The notes under the pieces are model-generated. The model was given only the letters and a program-made list of their open reading frames with translations. It was not told the DNA's origin and did no database searches. This document shows, one piece after another, positions 61,471-64,000 of a DNA stretch of 64,000 bases. The first letter of the stretch is position 1; the number at the start of each line of letters is the position of its first letter. Where the stretch lies: contig JAQGDQ010000121.1 of assembly GCA_030141605.1 (NCBI GenBank), positions 434,001 to 498,000 of the forward strand. Reading direction: 5' to 3'. Both the position numbers and the translations under genes were made by a program. The DNA is from Tubiluchus corallicola. Taxonomy: Eukaryota; Animalia; Priapulida.

Positions 61471-64000
61471 CATTCTTTGGTTTTACTATCCAGTGAGAGA
61501 GAAAAAACCTCGGCCACACAATTTCAGAAAATAATAGAGGTGATTTAGATATTTCTCCATCAAAGAGATCTTTGTTCTATTGCAGAACAAGCAAACGTAT
61601 TAGAAAATTTGCTTATTGCACTAGTGACGTAAAGAAACAATTATTTAGGTCCTTCTGTAGCAGTTTTAACTGAATGGCTACGTGAAGAAACTTTTATGAT
61701 TATAAAATGCAAACAGCCTATAATATACCGATGAGAAAGTCTTTACTCATGACTATGATTTTAGTGCTATATCTATGCTTGGACAACTAAATTTAAAGTA
61801 CTTTGGGGTATTATATAGAAAATGTGTGTATTGCAGTTCCAATGTGATTTGCTTAAAAATGATGACTGTTTCGCCACTAAAACTAGCAACTACTGGCGAA
61901 CTTTATCATATAGGCGTCAAAGTACAATCTGTTTATATGGAATGTGTGAATTAAAAAGTAATCGTGTTTTAGCTGATTGAAACTTTGTATTAACACCAAG
62001 TTATTTAATTATTTATATTTATGCATATATTTTCTTCGTAAAATTGTGTTTGTAAAGGCATGAACTTAGTTGTTCGAAATAAAGTAAATCACTTCAACCA
62101 ATCTCTTTCTTTCCTCTTTTCAAACCACCGTCCACTACCTTTGTCTGATCCATAGGCTCTTGTTTTCATCATTGTAGTCCTTTTTTTATTATTTTGTCCT
62201 TCTTATTTTTGCTGTACTTTTTTCCTTCTTTCTTTCTCACATACTCGTCCCTTAATTAATTATTCATTCACTCGACTCCTACACTTTATTTTTTCTCTCA
62301 TCTGTCAAATTCATTTCTTCTTTAGCTGATTTCCACACCCACGCTTGGTCAAACCGTCAGACAGGACACCCCAATAAGTAAAACGCTTGACTGGAGCAAG
62401 AAAGCAGCTATCATGTCACTCGCTATGCTCTACAGAACGCGGAAGTTTTACACTAATCACTTTACAGTAATAGTAGTAGTTATTACACTTTGTTAAGCAG
62501 AAGAGCAACAGACTACAATCAGTGAATTACAACTGTTACAAATACTTGACAAGCATAGTTAATCACTTTTACTTTATTTATTCGCTTAATAATTGTGCAA
62601 ACCAACAAACACGTAGATTTGCACCTAAAGTTTAGTTTTGTGATTCATCTGTGCTAGTTTGTGGGTTAGAAAGACGTTTTTGTGAGTGTAGTTAATGAGT
62701 CTTAGTAAACAGGTCGTTGAGCCACTTTGGAAGAAATTAAAAATCGCCTCTGGAAAGAAGTAAAAACTATATACCTAACGGCTAAACTATACGACGTACT
62801 TTGTGTTATAACACATTTATTACAAATTTCGTTTTTATCCTACTGCGCTAGAATTAACTGTGAGAGAAGAAAAAGTTGTGCAGTAAGTTTGTGGACATTT
62901 GTCAATGTAAGTGTATCATTATTTCCACAATAAATTCATTAACATTTCGATCACAAGCCACATCGATAATTTGGCTTCAACGAACTTCAGTCCGATACAA
63001 TAAGATTAAATGTGTGATTTTTTAGACTGCTATTTGCTGCTGATTCAAATCCTAGAATATTTTACGGAAAACACTTTTAAAATGGTATATAATTGTAGAG
63101 GAATATTTGTTGTAATATGTCAAAAAAGTGAGATTTGTGTGACGTCAGCGCTTCCACTTTTCGTTTACACAAATAACAGGAGCCAAAAATGAGTGAAATG
63201 ATGACTCGAACCAAGTAAAACTACCAAATGCATATGACACAGTTGACACCATAACAATAAAGTACAATAAAGTAAACCAATAAACGTGAGATCACGCTGA
63301 TAAAAAGTGAGATGAAGCTGAGTAACAGACGAATTTTCTAGTTTTTATATCTTTTGGTAGAGATTGTGTAATTCCCAATTGCATCGCCTAATTGTAATTT
63401 AATTTTGCTCGAAAAAATGCAGTAGAATCTTTTTTCAAAAGCTAGAAACTCTATAAGCAGAAGATGAACACTTGGTGGACTTAGGAGTCATGACTAAGTA
63501 TTACAGTGTATAAATTTCTAATTTTTTGTACGTTAATGTATACGTACCCGATTTTAACATGTTCGATTACGAAAAGTAATAAACATGTAATGTACACGCT
63601 CAAACCAGTGCTGCGTTCCCATATCTATGTTGTTTATTCGACAAAAATACAAATTCAAGATTTTGGCAAAACCTTAATAAATAACAATTAGCGAAATTCT
63701 CCGCCTTTGTAAATGATAATTTAATCTCCAGAATTACAAATGGTGAAATGCACAATAGAAGCATAAATATAGAAAGACTAGAACTATGAACTGGTGGGTG
63801 GAATTTTTTCACGTACCGGTAAATATTGGAAAAGTAAACTCTACAGGCCTAACGGACAATGGCCCACTGGCCCGCTGTCTGCTTAAGAAAACAATGCCGG
63901 TTAAAATAACACGTAACAACGGTAGCATTAACGTGAACAGCCATTAGTGTGAATACAGACTGTAATTTTTATTTTGGTATCACTCGCATTTTAACATAAA

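Noticed and set aside
61500-64000. Gene or RNA gene at the right end of the window
   Set aside because: Only short ORFs and a lone CRE (TGACGTCA at 63140). I recognised no tRNA, rRNA or snoRNA signature here or elsewhere in the window.

Overview
AT-rich, intron-rich nuclear DNA from an invertebrate animal, not a prokaryote; the phylum cannot be fixed from sequence alone. I assembled five protein-coding genes by hand from GT-AG sites with consistent exon phases: (1) Axin, +, 10 coding exons, 3646-22733, ~901 aa; (2) an intronless animal-type transketolase, +, 26873-28732; (3) an unnamed two-transmembrane protein with three PPxY motifs, +, 36878-39057; (4) peflin, -, 48000-42570; (5) a Domeless/gp130-like class I cytokine receptor, +, 53349-60897, ~1015 aa, with a degenerate WSXWS motif. 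Introns and intergenic DNA hold hAT- and piggyBac-type MITEs, foldback-like elements, CR1/RTE LINE fragments and microsatellites. The strongest unexplained signal is regulatory. Axin introns carry dense, mostly co-oriented TCF/LEF site clusters with neighbouring C-clamp Helper motifs, and a near-ideal TCF-Helper pair lies at 86-103. An upstream ORF stops on the Axin start codon (AUGA overlap). Together these suggest Wnt negative feedback plus a translational limiter on Axin. All exon models and motif counts were made by eye and need RNA-seq or computational confirmation.
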